A DNA stretch of 62,685 nt from a bacterium (GTDB lineage Bacteria; Patescibacteriota; Microgenomatia; JAADGY01). Below are positions 21,013 through 28,942 of the stretch, in pieces. Below the pieces are notes generated by a model, which saw nothing but the letters and a program-made list of their open reading frames with translations, did not search any database and was not told where the DNA came from. Within the stretch, counting starts at the first letter, position 1. Each line of letters begins with the position of its first letter. The translations under genes and the position numbers were made by a program. The stretch lies in the NCBI GenBank assembly GCA_027028625.1, contig JALVIH010000036.1:1-62685 (forward strand), read 5' to 3'.

Positions 21013-21567
21013 TAAAATCTGGAACTAGGAACTAGGTTAGAAAATAACAAATCATAAATACCAAGTTCTAAACAAATCCTAAATCCTAAACTCTAATATC
21101 TAAACAAATCCTAAATTCAAATGACCCAAATTCTAAACCTTGTTTCTTGGGTCACCCTGAACGAGCCGTCAGGCGAAGTGAAGGCCCCCCTTCGGTAGGG
21201 GTAAAATCTAGCGAGCGGAGCGAGTGCAAGGATTAGCACCAACGTTCAGAAACACATACATGCGTCTCCGGCTAGACCCCGACAAGTCGGGATGACATGG
21301 AAAAAAGGAAACATGAATTCTTCTCTCTGAGTCATTCTGACCCTCCGGGGCGGAGGGGAAGAATCTAGCGAAGCGCTCTTATTGGTATCTTGTTTGAAAT
21401 TTGATAATTGGAACTTGTTTGAAAATTGGTCATTTTTAACCTAGTTCTTAGTTCCATTTGTGTCCTTGGAATTTATGTTTTAGTGCTTTCTTGCCAAGTT
21501 CTAAGTTCTGAGTTCTGAGTTCCAATAACTAAGTTCCAAGCTCCAAGTTCTAAGTTCTATTTCCAAT
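21013..21567. repeat. mosaic palindromic intergenic cassette A
   Basis: Left GGAACTAGGAACTAGG at 21021-21036, arm-core-arm hairpin at 21151-21296, a truncated second unit from 21331, and a right 9x heptamer array at 21496-21558. Confidence 0.9.
21496..21558. repeat. tandem heptamer array, 9 units (AAGTTCT AAGTTCT GAGTTCT GAGTTCC AATAACT AAGTTCC AAGCTCC AAGTTCT AAGTTCT)
   Basis: Strict 7-nt periodicity read directly from the sequence. Arrays of the complementary GGAACTW orientation bound the left side of cassettes. Confidence 0.9.
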
Positions 21568-22515
21568 TCACTCCTTCAAGGAATGAAATTTCTGATATAC
21601 GTCCCGAAGGCGCTTGTTGGTTACATGGGTGTAAATCTGGGTAGTAGCCAGATTCTTATGCCCCAACAATTCTTGGACAGCCCGGATATCAGCTCCCTGG
21701 GAAAGAAGGTCAGTAGCGAAACTATGCCGCAGACTATGGGGAGTTATCTTCTTGGCCAAACCAGCTTGAAGAGCGTACCTACGGACTATTCTCTCCACAC
21801 TCCGAACTGACAAACGCATCTTCTCCCCTCGATTATAAGGAATAACTTTGCCTCTATGACGAATAAAAAGAGGCTTCCAATCATCTTCCCGCATAAGGAG
21901 GTACTTCTTCAACCACTCTAAGGCTCGAGGCGATAAAAAAACTAAGCGAACCTTCCGCCCTTTGCCAACCACACTAAACTCTCCGGTCTTGAGATCTACA
22001 CTGTCCCTATCTAAACCAACTAACTCTGAAACCCGCAGTCCAGAAGAAAATAAAACCTCTAAAATTGCCTTGTCCCGCACCCCAGATAAAGTAGTAACAT
22101 CCGGACCAGCCAGGAGTTTCTCCACTTCATCTAAACTCAAAAAATTGGGGAGGTGAGGCGATGTTTTGGCTAAAGTTATCTGATCCGGAGTTATCTTAGG
22201 CTTCACTCCCTTTTTAATTAGGAAGCGGAGCAGTCCTCGAAGGGCGATTAAGTAGTAATTCTGAGTCTTAGCGGAAAGAAAAATCTTCCGCCGTTCGTCC
22301 AACATCTTATTAGATAAAAATACCCGGTAAGAATCAATATTCTCCAAGGTGAGATTAGCTAGGGTGGGGGTGTTTACTTTTTTTTCTCCAACTAAAAAAT
22401 CATAAAACTCTCCTAAGTAAGCGCGATAATTCCTTACTGTAAGAGGAGAGTAATTCCGCTCAACTTGAAGATACAAGACAAACTGTTCTATCCAGTAATC
22501 CAACTCTTTAATCAT
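21568..22515 (-). CDS. xerC: tyrosine site-specific recombinase XerC/XerD family
   Basis: C-terminal RHSFATDLLSQGADIRAVQELLGHKNLATTQIYTHV (R-H-R-Y catalytic set) and an N-terminal SAM-like domain. TATAAT at 22521-22526 (minus) lies 5 nt before the ATG. Confidence 0.9.
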   Translation of the reverse strand: MIKELDYWIEQFVLYLQVERNYSPLTVRNYRAYLGEFYDFLVGEKKVNTPTLANLTLENIDSYRVFLSNKMLDERRKIFLSAKTQNYYLIALRGLLRFLIKKGVKPKITPDQITLAKTSPHLPNFLSLDEVEKLLAGPDVTTLSGVRDKAILEVLFSSGLRVSELVGLDRDSVDLKTGEFSVVGKGRKVRLVFLSPRALEWLKKYLLMREDDWKPLFIRHRGKVIPYNRGEKMRLSVRSVERIVRRYALQAGLAKKITPHSLRHSFATDLLSQGADIRAVQELLGHKNLATTQIYTHVTNKRLRDVYQKFHSLKE

Positions 22516-22988
22516 ATCTCATTATATAATCCCCTGAAGGGTGAAGAACTTGGAATAATTGGAACTAGGAACTAGGGGGTTGATTAATTTTAAATTTGAA
22601 ATTTTTAACCTGCCTGCCGGCAGGCAGGTTTTTAATCAAATCAAATTTTAAAATCTTAATATCAAAATTCAATGCCTTCTTTATCGGGTCATCCTGAGGA
22701 GCTGGGGCGACGAAGCCCCCCTTCGGTAGGGGTAAAATCTAGCGAGCAGTAGCGAGCGCAAGGATTAGTACTCAGGCTTGAGTTTACTCTCGTGCGCCTT
22801 CGGCTAGATTCTTCGTCACTTTGGCTCCTCAGGATGACACGAAGAATTATACCCATTATAAAGGTCTAATTACTCGAAAGACAAAAACAAGCACTCACCG
22901 CTCCCGGCTGCTAAAAACACCACCATCAATCGCCTTACATTTTTAGCTTATAATAAAAGAGTATCGCCTGTCAAGAACAAGGGAAATT
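22516..22988. repeat. mosaic palindromic intergenic cassette B
   Basis: Heptamers at 22546-22577, a 24-nt perfect palindrome at 22607-22630, and an arm-core-arm hairpin at 22688-22838. Confidence 0.9.
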
Positions 22989-23504
22989 ATGAATAAAATT
23001 AAACGGCCAGATCTCAAATTATTCTTAATTTTAGAAAACATCAGAAGCCTCTTTAATGTAGGAGCCCTTTTTAGAACAGCTGATGGGGTAGGGGTGTCTA
23101 AAATTCTTCTGGTAGGCTACTCAGGAGTAAAGTTAAACCCCAAGACTAACCAAGCTCAACTTCATCCTCATCTTCATAAAACAGATATGGGGACAACTAA
23201 ATTTGTTCCTTGGCAACACTTTTCCTCCATTCAGGAAGCCATTGATACTCTAAGAAACCAAGAAAAGGAAATAACCATCGCTTCTTTAGAGCAGAACCCT
23301 CAAAGCCACAATCTCCTTACCTATTCACCAACATCACCGGCCTTAGCCCTAATCTTAGGCAATGAAATTATGGGGGTTTCTTCAACAGCCCTCCAGCTTA
23401 GCGATATTATCCTGGAGATCCCCCAATGGGGTAAACACAACTCCCTTAATGTAGCCGTTGCTGGCTCAATCGCTCTCTATCAACTGCTCCGAAATAGTCT
23501 ATAA
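22989..23504 (+). CDS. TrmH/SpoU-family RNA 2'-O-methyltransferase
   Basis: LILGNEIMGVS ... IPQWGKHNSLNVAVAGSIALYQL, the SPOUT knot motifs. Confidence 0.85.
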   Translation: MNKIKRPDLKLFLILENIRSLFNVGALFRTADGVGVSKILLVGYSGVKLNPKTNQAQLHPHLHKTDMGTTKFVPWQHFSSIQEAIDTLRNQEKEITIASLEQNPQSHNLLTYSPTSPALALILGNEIMGVSSTALQLSDIILEIPQWGKHNSLNVAVAGSIALYQLLRNSL

Positions 23505-23511
23505 TCTAAAT

Positions 23512-24180
23512 ATGCAAAAACCAGTTATTGAGTTCCAGGATGTCAGCTTTACCCACCAAAGCAAGGACCAGAAGAAGGTAATCCTCGAACACTTTAACCT
23601 TAAAATTTATCCTCAAGATAAAGTCATCATCTACGGCCGATCAGGTTCTGGTAAAACCACTCTTTTCTCCCTTCTTTTAGGCTTTAACCAACCCGACAAG
23701 GGAAAGATCTTAATAAATGGGCAGCCGCTTGACTGTCATCGCATTTGGGAACTCCGAAAGCAGTTTGCTTACGTCGATCAAGACAGCATCTTAGGGCAGG
23801 GGAGAGTCAAAAAAATAATTCAGGAATATCTCCATTTTAAAGTAAACAGATCACGTTTTCCTGAGTCGTGGAAAAAATTCAAATTTTTTCTCCGCCAATT
23901 CAACTTAACTCCGGATATACTCGAGAAAAAGGTGGAGAATGTCTCTGGCGGCGAACGCCAACGTCTCGCTCTAGCCTTAGCCCTTTCCCTTAACCGCCCT
24001 ATTCTTCTCCTAGATGAGGTTACTTCCTCTCTCGACCCTAATAATAAGAAGGTTGTAACTCAGACCATCTTGAAAGAGAAGGATAAAACTCTGTTAGTTG
24101 TTACTCACGATGCTCTTTGGCTTAAACAACCAGAGGTAAAAATATTCAATTTCGAGGAGAAAAGATGGCAGTTGAGATAA
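23512..24180 (+). CDS. fetA: ABC transporter ATP-binding protein, FetA/YbbL-like
   Basis: Walker A GRSGSGKTT, signature VSGGERQRLALA, and Walker B LLLDEVTS. ATG at 23512 within the longer ORF 23458-24180. Confidence 0.8.
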   Translation: MQKPVIEFQDVSFTHQSKDQKKVILEHFNLKIYPQDKVIIYGRSGSGKTTLFSLLLGFNQPDKGKILINGQPLDCHRIWELRKQFAYVDQDSILGQGRVKKIIQEYLHFKVNRSRFPESWKKFKFFLRQFNLTPDILEKKVENVSGGERQRLALALALSLNRPILLLDEVTSSLDPNNKKVVTQTILKEKDKTLLVVTHDALWLKQPEVKIFNFEEKRWQLR

Positions 24181-24950
24181 CCTTAATAAGATTCTTTTGG
24201 GTTTTCCTTCTTCTCCTTATTCCTTTAGGAGTAAGTAGATACCTCCAACTCAACCTTAGTAAAGCTATCCTTGTCGCCGTCTCCCGAATGACAATTCAAC
24301 TCTTTCTCGTAGGCATCTTTCTTAAGTACATCTTCTACATTAACAATATGTGGCTTAACTTAGGTTGGCTGTTACTAATGACCTTTACAGCTGTCTTTTC
24401 CGCTCTTCACCGTTCAAAACTAAAACTGACTTTTATATTTCTCCCTGTCTTCATCTCTTTCATTATCTCTACCTTTAGCATTCTCTTTTACTTTAATTTC
24501 TTCGTCCTACGTCTCGACTACCTTTTTGACGCTCGATACTTAATCGCCTTGGGAGGCATGCTTCTAGGCAATGTTTTAAGCGTTAATATCATCGCTATTA
24601 ACTCCTTTTATCAATCTCTCCGCTCATCGACTAAGGTCTATCTCTACCGCTTGGCTTTAGGAGCCAGCCAGCTTGAGGCTTTATTACCTTTCATCAGAAG
24701 CAGCTTCCGTTTGACTCTTATTCCTGTCTTGGCTAAAACAGCCACTATGGGGATTGTTTCCTTACCCGGAATGATGACCGGCCAAATTCTCGGCGGTTCA
24801 TCACCCGAGACAGCTATTCGCTATCAAATCGCTATTATGGTAGCCATCTTTACAGCCGGTGTCTTAAGCATCGTCCTCACTTTTGTCTTAGCTACCCGAA
24901 AAAGCTTTAACCATTGTGGCATTTTGAAGCCAAATATCCTCAAAAAGTAA
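24165..24950 (+). CDS. fetB: ABC transporter permease, FetB/YbbM (UPF0014) family
   Basis: 261-aa polytopic protein overlapping the ATPase stop by 16 nt. GIVSLPGMMTGQILGG is a motif typical of UPF0014. Confidence 0.75.
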   Translation: MAVEITLIRFFWVFLLLLIPLGVSRYLQLNLSKAILVAVSRMTIQLFLVGIFLKYIFYINNMWLNLGWLLLMTFTAVFSALHRSKLKLTFIFLPVFISFIISTFSILFYFNFFVLRLDYLFDARYLIALGGMLLGNVLSVNIIAINSFYQSLRSSTKVYLYRLALGASQLEALLPFIRSSFRLTLIPVLAKTATMGIVSLPGMMTGQILGGSSPETAIRYQIAIMVAIFTAGVLSIVLTFVLATRKSFNHCGILKPNILKK

Positions 24951-25501
24951 CATTCTATCTCTGTTAAATCGCATAATCGCTTCATTTTGGACCGTTTTTA
25001 AAAAGTAACTATAAACTTAATTATCTTATTTAAAATGGTTTTTAGCATTTTCGGCCAGTTTGACCTTCTTGGCCACATCCGCCAACCAACCCAACCAAAG
25101 GTAGACAAAAAAGATCAACTGGAGAAGAGTTGGAAGAGGAGAAAAAAGAAAAAAAGAAAAATATTTTTGAAAATTCTTTTAATTAAAACAAAAAATAAAC
25201 AATTAATAAAGGCAATCCCCCTTAAGAGGGATCTTGCTATTCGTTCGTAAAATGTATCTTGTGCGACATATTGTTTCTCCTAACCTACTCCCACTAATTG
25301 AACTATTTAAAATAGAGGAGCGGTCAAGGAAAATAAAAAAGAAAATAATTTTAATCGAAGAAAAAGGAAAATTTAGCAAACATTTAAAACTCAATTCCAG
25401 AACTCTCCAACAGTTCCTACAGTTTTACCGCAGCCTTTCACTCGAGAAACTATATCAAAGTATGACAAGAGTTAGCCTTTTAGATTTATAATTAGTAAGT
25501 C

Positions 25502-25575
25502 CGGGGATTAGCTCAGATGGCTAGAGCGCTACGTTCGGGACGTAGAGGTCGGCGGTTCAAGTCCGCCATCCCCGA
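25502..25575 (+). tRNA. tRNA-Pro (anticodon CGG)
   Basis: Cloverleaf read by hand: acceptor CGGGGAT/ATCCCCG, anticodon stem CTACG/CGTAG with loop TTCGGGA, and T-arm GGCGG TTCAAGT CCGCC. No encoded CCA. Confidence 0.9.
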
Positions 25576-25712
25576 CTAAAAAGAAAACTAAAAAAAGTTT
25601 TCCACAATAAGGATAAAGGGTAATTGCGTTGCATTTTTCTTCACGATCCAAAAGATCACTTCTCTCATTCTAGGCACTTCCTACTTTTTATTTTCACAAG
25701 CCGCGTGAAAAT

Positions 25713-25772
25713 ACTATAGGAACATATCCTCCCCACACTATAGGTACATATATTTACTATAGGAACTTATCC
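25713..25772 (+). repeat. three direct repeats ACTATAGGWACWTATMY (25713, 25737, 25756)
   Basis: actataggaacatatcc / actataggtacatatat / actataggaacttatcc, read directly. They lie 70-130 nt upstream of the island promoter. Confidence 0.85.
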
Positions 25773-25844
25773 ATTCTCCCCCCTACCCTCTACAGAGCCG
25801 ACTAAAAAATTTCTCCTTCCGCGAAATCATAAAAAACCATAAAA

Positions 25845-25873
25845 TTGACATATTTAAAAAGGCAAATTATCAT
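25845..25873 (+). promoter_or_regulatory. sigma70-type promoter TTGACA-17-TATCAT, with the ATG 5 nt downstream
   Basis: TTGACA at 25845-25850, TATCAT at 25868-25873, ATG at 25879. Predicts a leaderless transcript. Confidence 0.5.
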
Positions 25874-25878
25874 AATTT

Positions 25879-27180
25879 ATGCCCAGACAACAGGAAGAGG
25901 GCTTGTCTTACCTCAAAACCGAAGAAGTATTAAGCCAAGAGCTAGGAGATAACAAAATTACGGAAGAGTATTCTTGGCTAGCAGCTATCAAAGCTATAGC
26001 TAAGGAAATAAACAGCTTAACAATAAAAGAAGCTAAAGAAGGAGAACCTAAATTTGACTCTGAAGCTTTAACTTTTTATTTAAAACACAACCCTACCCTC
26101 CAGGAAGTAATGATGGTTACTCGTCAGTTCATGGAGAAAAGACAAGAAGAAGGAAAAAAGACTAAAGAGGATATAACCAGGGTCGGTATAACCCTTCAAG
26201 ACATCACTATTCTCTTAGCCAAAGAACTGAAAAACACAAAAATCACAGACAACCAAACCAGAAAAAAATTAGAAGAAACCTTAGTAGAGATATATAGACT
26301 CGGAGTAGTCATTCAAACCCTCGAACTTAAGAAGGAAAGAATACCCTTTGAAGACCTAACAAAGAAAACACTCCATTATCCTCAAGGTGACGAGGAATCA
26401 AAAAAGGTATATGAAAGAGAGCTATGGTTTTTCATCTTAGGCAAGTATCATCCTACCATCGCTTTAAGAAGTGAGTATGATATGTCCTCGTATAAACTGA
26501 GAAAAAAACCACCGCCGAGAAACTACTGGGATATGTATGAGGATTGGTCAGAACGATTCCTTAAAACCAAATTAAGAAGAGTGGAAACAAAACAATTAGG
26601 TATGCCTCACTTATTTTCTGATGAAATTAACCCCCAACTTAGAAAACTCCATGAAGCAATAACAGCTATTGAAAGTGGAGATATGACAGGGCAAAAAGAC
26701 AAAACTAGGGAAGCTGAGATTGCTATTACTCAATATATCCTAAACAAATTAGAGGATGAAACTTTTAGAGTGATTGATACTATCATTGATAGATGCCCAT
26801 CACCAAATCTAGAAACAATTCTTCAAACCCTTAGCAAGACAATTAATATTCTAATGAGTCATCAAAAAGAATTACTTACTCAGGTCTTTGAGACTAAAAT
26901 CTGGAGAAAGAGAAATTTAATTAAACAACAAGCACTCAGATTCATTTTAGAGAGAAACTCTTTGTCCCCTCACACCGACGAGGCTTTAAAAGAAGTAAGC
27001 CGCACTGGCATAGAAGGACAATTTCTATCTACCTTTTTAGAGCATGGTTTGGATGAAGTAGAAGAAAAAATGAAACTACCAAAACAAAGCTTCACTGCTT
27101 TTTTAAGACTTCTTAAGGAATATGCTCCAATTCAAGCGATAAAAATCCTCAAAAATAACTATGGTGAACATTATTTTTAA
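25879..27180 (+). CDS. hypothetical protein (433 aa, predicted mostly helical, Lys/Glu-rich)
   Basis: Long uninterrupted ORF. I recognise no motif. Confidence 0.65.
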   Translation: MPRQQEEGLSYLKTEEVLSQELGDNKITEEYSWLAAIKAIAKEINSLTIKEAKEGEPKFDSEALTFYLKHNPTLQEVMMVTRQFMEKRQEEGKKTKEDITRVGITLQDITILLAKELKNTKITDNQTRKKLEETLVEIYRLGVVIQTLELKKERIPFEDLTKKTLHYPQGDEESKKVYERELWFFILGKYHPTIALRSEYDMSSYKLRKKPPPRNYWDMYEDWSERFLKTKLRRVETKQLGMPHLFSDEINPQLRKLHEAITAIESGDMTGQKDKTREAEIAITQYILNKLEDETFRVIDTIIDRCPSPNLETILQTLSKTINILMSHQKELLTQVFETKIWRKRNLIKQQALRFILERNSLSPHTDEALKEVSRTGIEGQFLSTFLEHGLDEVEEKMKLPKQSFTAFLRLLKEYAPIQAIKILKNNYGEHYF

Positions 27181-28090
27181 AAAAGCTGGCGATGAAATTA
27201 AAAGGAGAGAGAAAAAAGAAGGAAAACTCACTCCCCATCAAAAAGCTAAAATAATTTTCCAATTAGTTGCTCATTATCCCTATAAATTAACTTATTCCCT
27301 AACTGAAGCTATCAAGAGCCGAGGGTTTGAATGTAACTTAAAAGCTATTATCGCTGCCAGCCTTCTAAGGAAATTAGTCCCTGAAATAAAGGTATTTGGA
27401 GTATTGTCTTTTGGACATGTTTTTTTAGGCTTACAAATAGGGAAAGATATATATATTTTTGACCCCACTAATCACATATTTGAATCGGCACCATCCAGTT
27501 TATCTCAAACAGTACATCAATATATAAAAAGTGGCCAAATAGCTTCTAGGCGAACCACTTATATAATCCCTCCTTCTTATCGTTACATATACTATGAGGT
27601 AGGCCAACCAGAAAAAATATTCTTGAGCTCTCTACTTTATAATATTTCCTCCCTAAATTCAGCCCCCTACCTACAAAAGCAGATTACAGAGTCGAGCATA
27701 AGAATTAATCCACTTCTTGATCTGCCTCTCAATACATTGGGGACTATGTTTTTCGACACAGCCCAGTTCCAGAAAGCGCAAGATTATTACAGAAAAAGTA
27801 CAAGTATAAATCCTCAATACTATAATCCTTATAATAATATTGGTGTTATCTACGATGAGTGAGGAAGATATAATGAAGCAATTAAGTATTATAAAATGGC
27901 CTTGATTCTCAAACCTGCATACTCTTCCCCTTGGGAAAACTTAGCTGATCTTTTCCTTTCTCTTAATGAATATCAGAAAGCGACCATTTGTTATCAAATG
28001 GCACTAAGATATACAAAAGATCCAACCATTAAACAAAACATTTTAGAAAAACTTAAACAAGCAAAGGAAGGCTTACAACATTCTTCTTAA
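27161..28090 (+). pseudogene. transglutaminase-like Cys-His-Asp domain + TPR protein interrupted by an in-frame TGA (27860-27862)
   Basis: A C...H...D spacing (GFECNLKAIIAASLLRKL ... FGHVFLGLQ ... IYIFDPTNH). A TPR repeat runs through the stop in the same frame: NNIGVIYDE*GRYNEAIKYYKMALILKP. Confidence 0.6.
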
Positions 28091-28905
28091 ACACTAATTC
28101 CTACAGGATAAAAAATGTGAGTAAGGTAGTGGTACTCATTGTCCGTATTGAATGGACCCTTGAGATACATCTCAAAGACTGGCGGACTAATAGGTAGCTT
28201 ATTCTTTCTAAAGTAAAGATCCAATTTCCGATAAACCATTGCCAAAAAGCGGTATGGACCAAGAAAGGAAAACCTGTAAGCCGGCCGCCGCTGATATCTT
28301 TCTACTTTAAAACCAGAAGGTAGCTTCTCCTCCTTTACCCTCCCCCCTTTGATGATTAAACCTATCTTCAAATCAGCCTCCAAAGGACTAAAATAAGGCG
28401 TTTGATAAAAGGTAATTTCTAAAGGTTCAAACTTCGCTCCACTTCTATCAGCTACCTCCCATAATAACTTAACATAGTCATTTATCTGATAATAACTCCC
28501 CTTTACTTTATAGGTTAGAAGCTGCCAACCACCAATCCACACCTTCTTTAAGGCTGGCCGTCGACTATTCAAAAATTTATTAAAGGAAAGAATAAAATCT
28601 CTCTTAGCTTGGAGAAGTTTTATCTCCTCATCTAAATTAGCTACCATATCTGAAACTTTTACCTTTCCCCTGCCCTGTTCACCTATCTCCTTTAACCCTA
28701 ACCCTAGCTCTTGTAACCACTTAATCTTTAATACCTTCTCTATTTGATCCAACCGATAATAACGATAGCCAGTCCACTTATCTTGATAATCAGGTTCAAG
28801 AAGTCCTTTTTCCTGCCACAAGCGTAAAGCCCGAGGAGTAGTTAGAGCTACTTTAGCAAACTCTGCTATCCTTAAAAGTTTGACTTGACTTTGACCCTGC
28901 GTCAT
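28087..28905 (-). CDS. MerR-family transcriptional regulator with GyrI-like/effector-binding C-terminal domain
   Basis: N-terminal HTH LLRIAEFAKVALTTPRALRLWQEKGLLEP...GYRYYRLDQIEKVLKIKWLQELGLGLKEI. 272 aa, as in BmrR/TipA-type regulators. Confidence 0.85.
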   Translation of the reverse strand: MTQGQSQVKLLRIAEFAKVALTTPRALRLWQEKGLLEPDYQDKWTGYRYYRLDQIEKVLKIKWLQELGLGLKEIGEQGRGKVKVSDMVANLDEEIKLLQAKRDFILSFNKFLNSRRPALKKVWIGGWQLLTYKVKGSYYQINDYVKLLWEVADRSGAKFEPLEITFYQTPYFSPLEADLKIGLIIKGGRVKEEKLPSGFKVERYQRRPAYRFSFLGPYRFLAMVYRKLDLYFRKNKLPISPPVFEMYLKGPFNTDNEYHYLTHIFYPVGISV

Positions 28906-28942
28906 AGTTTATTATACTCCCACTATGACAGCTATCTATCAA
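28891..28942. promoter_or_regulatory. symmetric bidirectional promoter in a 19-bp divergent gap (core ATTATACT at 28911-28918)
   Basis: Plus strand: TTGACC (28891-96)-16-TATACT (28913-18)-6-ATG (28925). Minus strand: TTGATA (28937-42)-20-TATAAT (28911-16)-5-ATG (28905). An 8-bp dyad GTCATAGT/ACTATGAC (28901-08 / 28922-29) embeds both start codons. Confidence 0.5.

Noticed and set aside
21013-21567. Whether the repeat-rich gaps are CRISPR arrays.
   Set aside because: They have no constant-length direct repeat alternating with unique spacers. The repeats are inverted, mosaic and of many lengths, and no cas genes are present.
25035-25491. ORFs 25035-25250, 25234-25491 and 25203-25394 as protein-coding genes.
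   Set aside because: They are low-complexity Lys-rich translations of an A-rich tract. They mutually overlap and have no SD or -10/ATG geometry, so they are not supported as CDS.
27860-27862. An alternative genetic code with UGA as a sense codon, as in some candidate-phylum bacteria.
   Set aside because: TGA clearly terminates other well-defined genes here (xerC at 21568-70 and the yjjX-like gene at 21010-12). Long ORFs are not otherwise fragmented, so a single disrupted or recoded site is more parsimonious.
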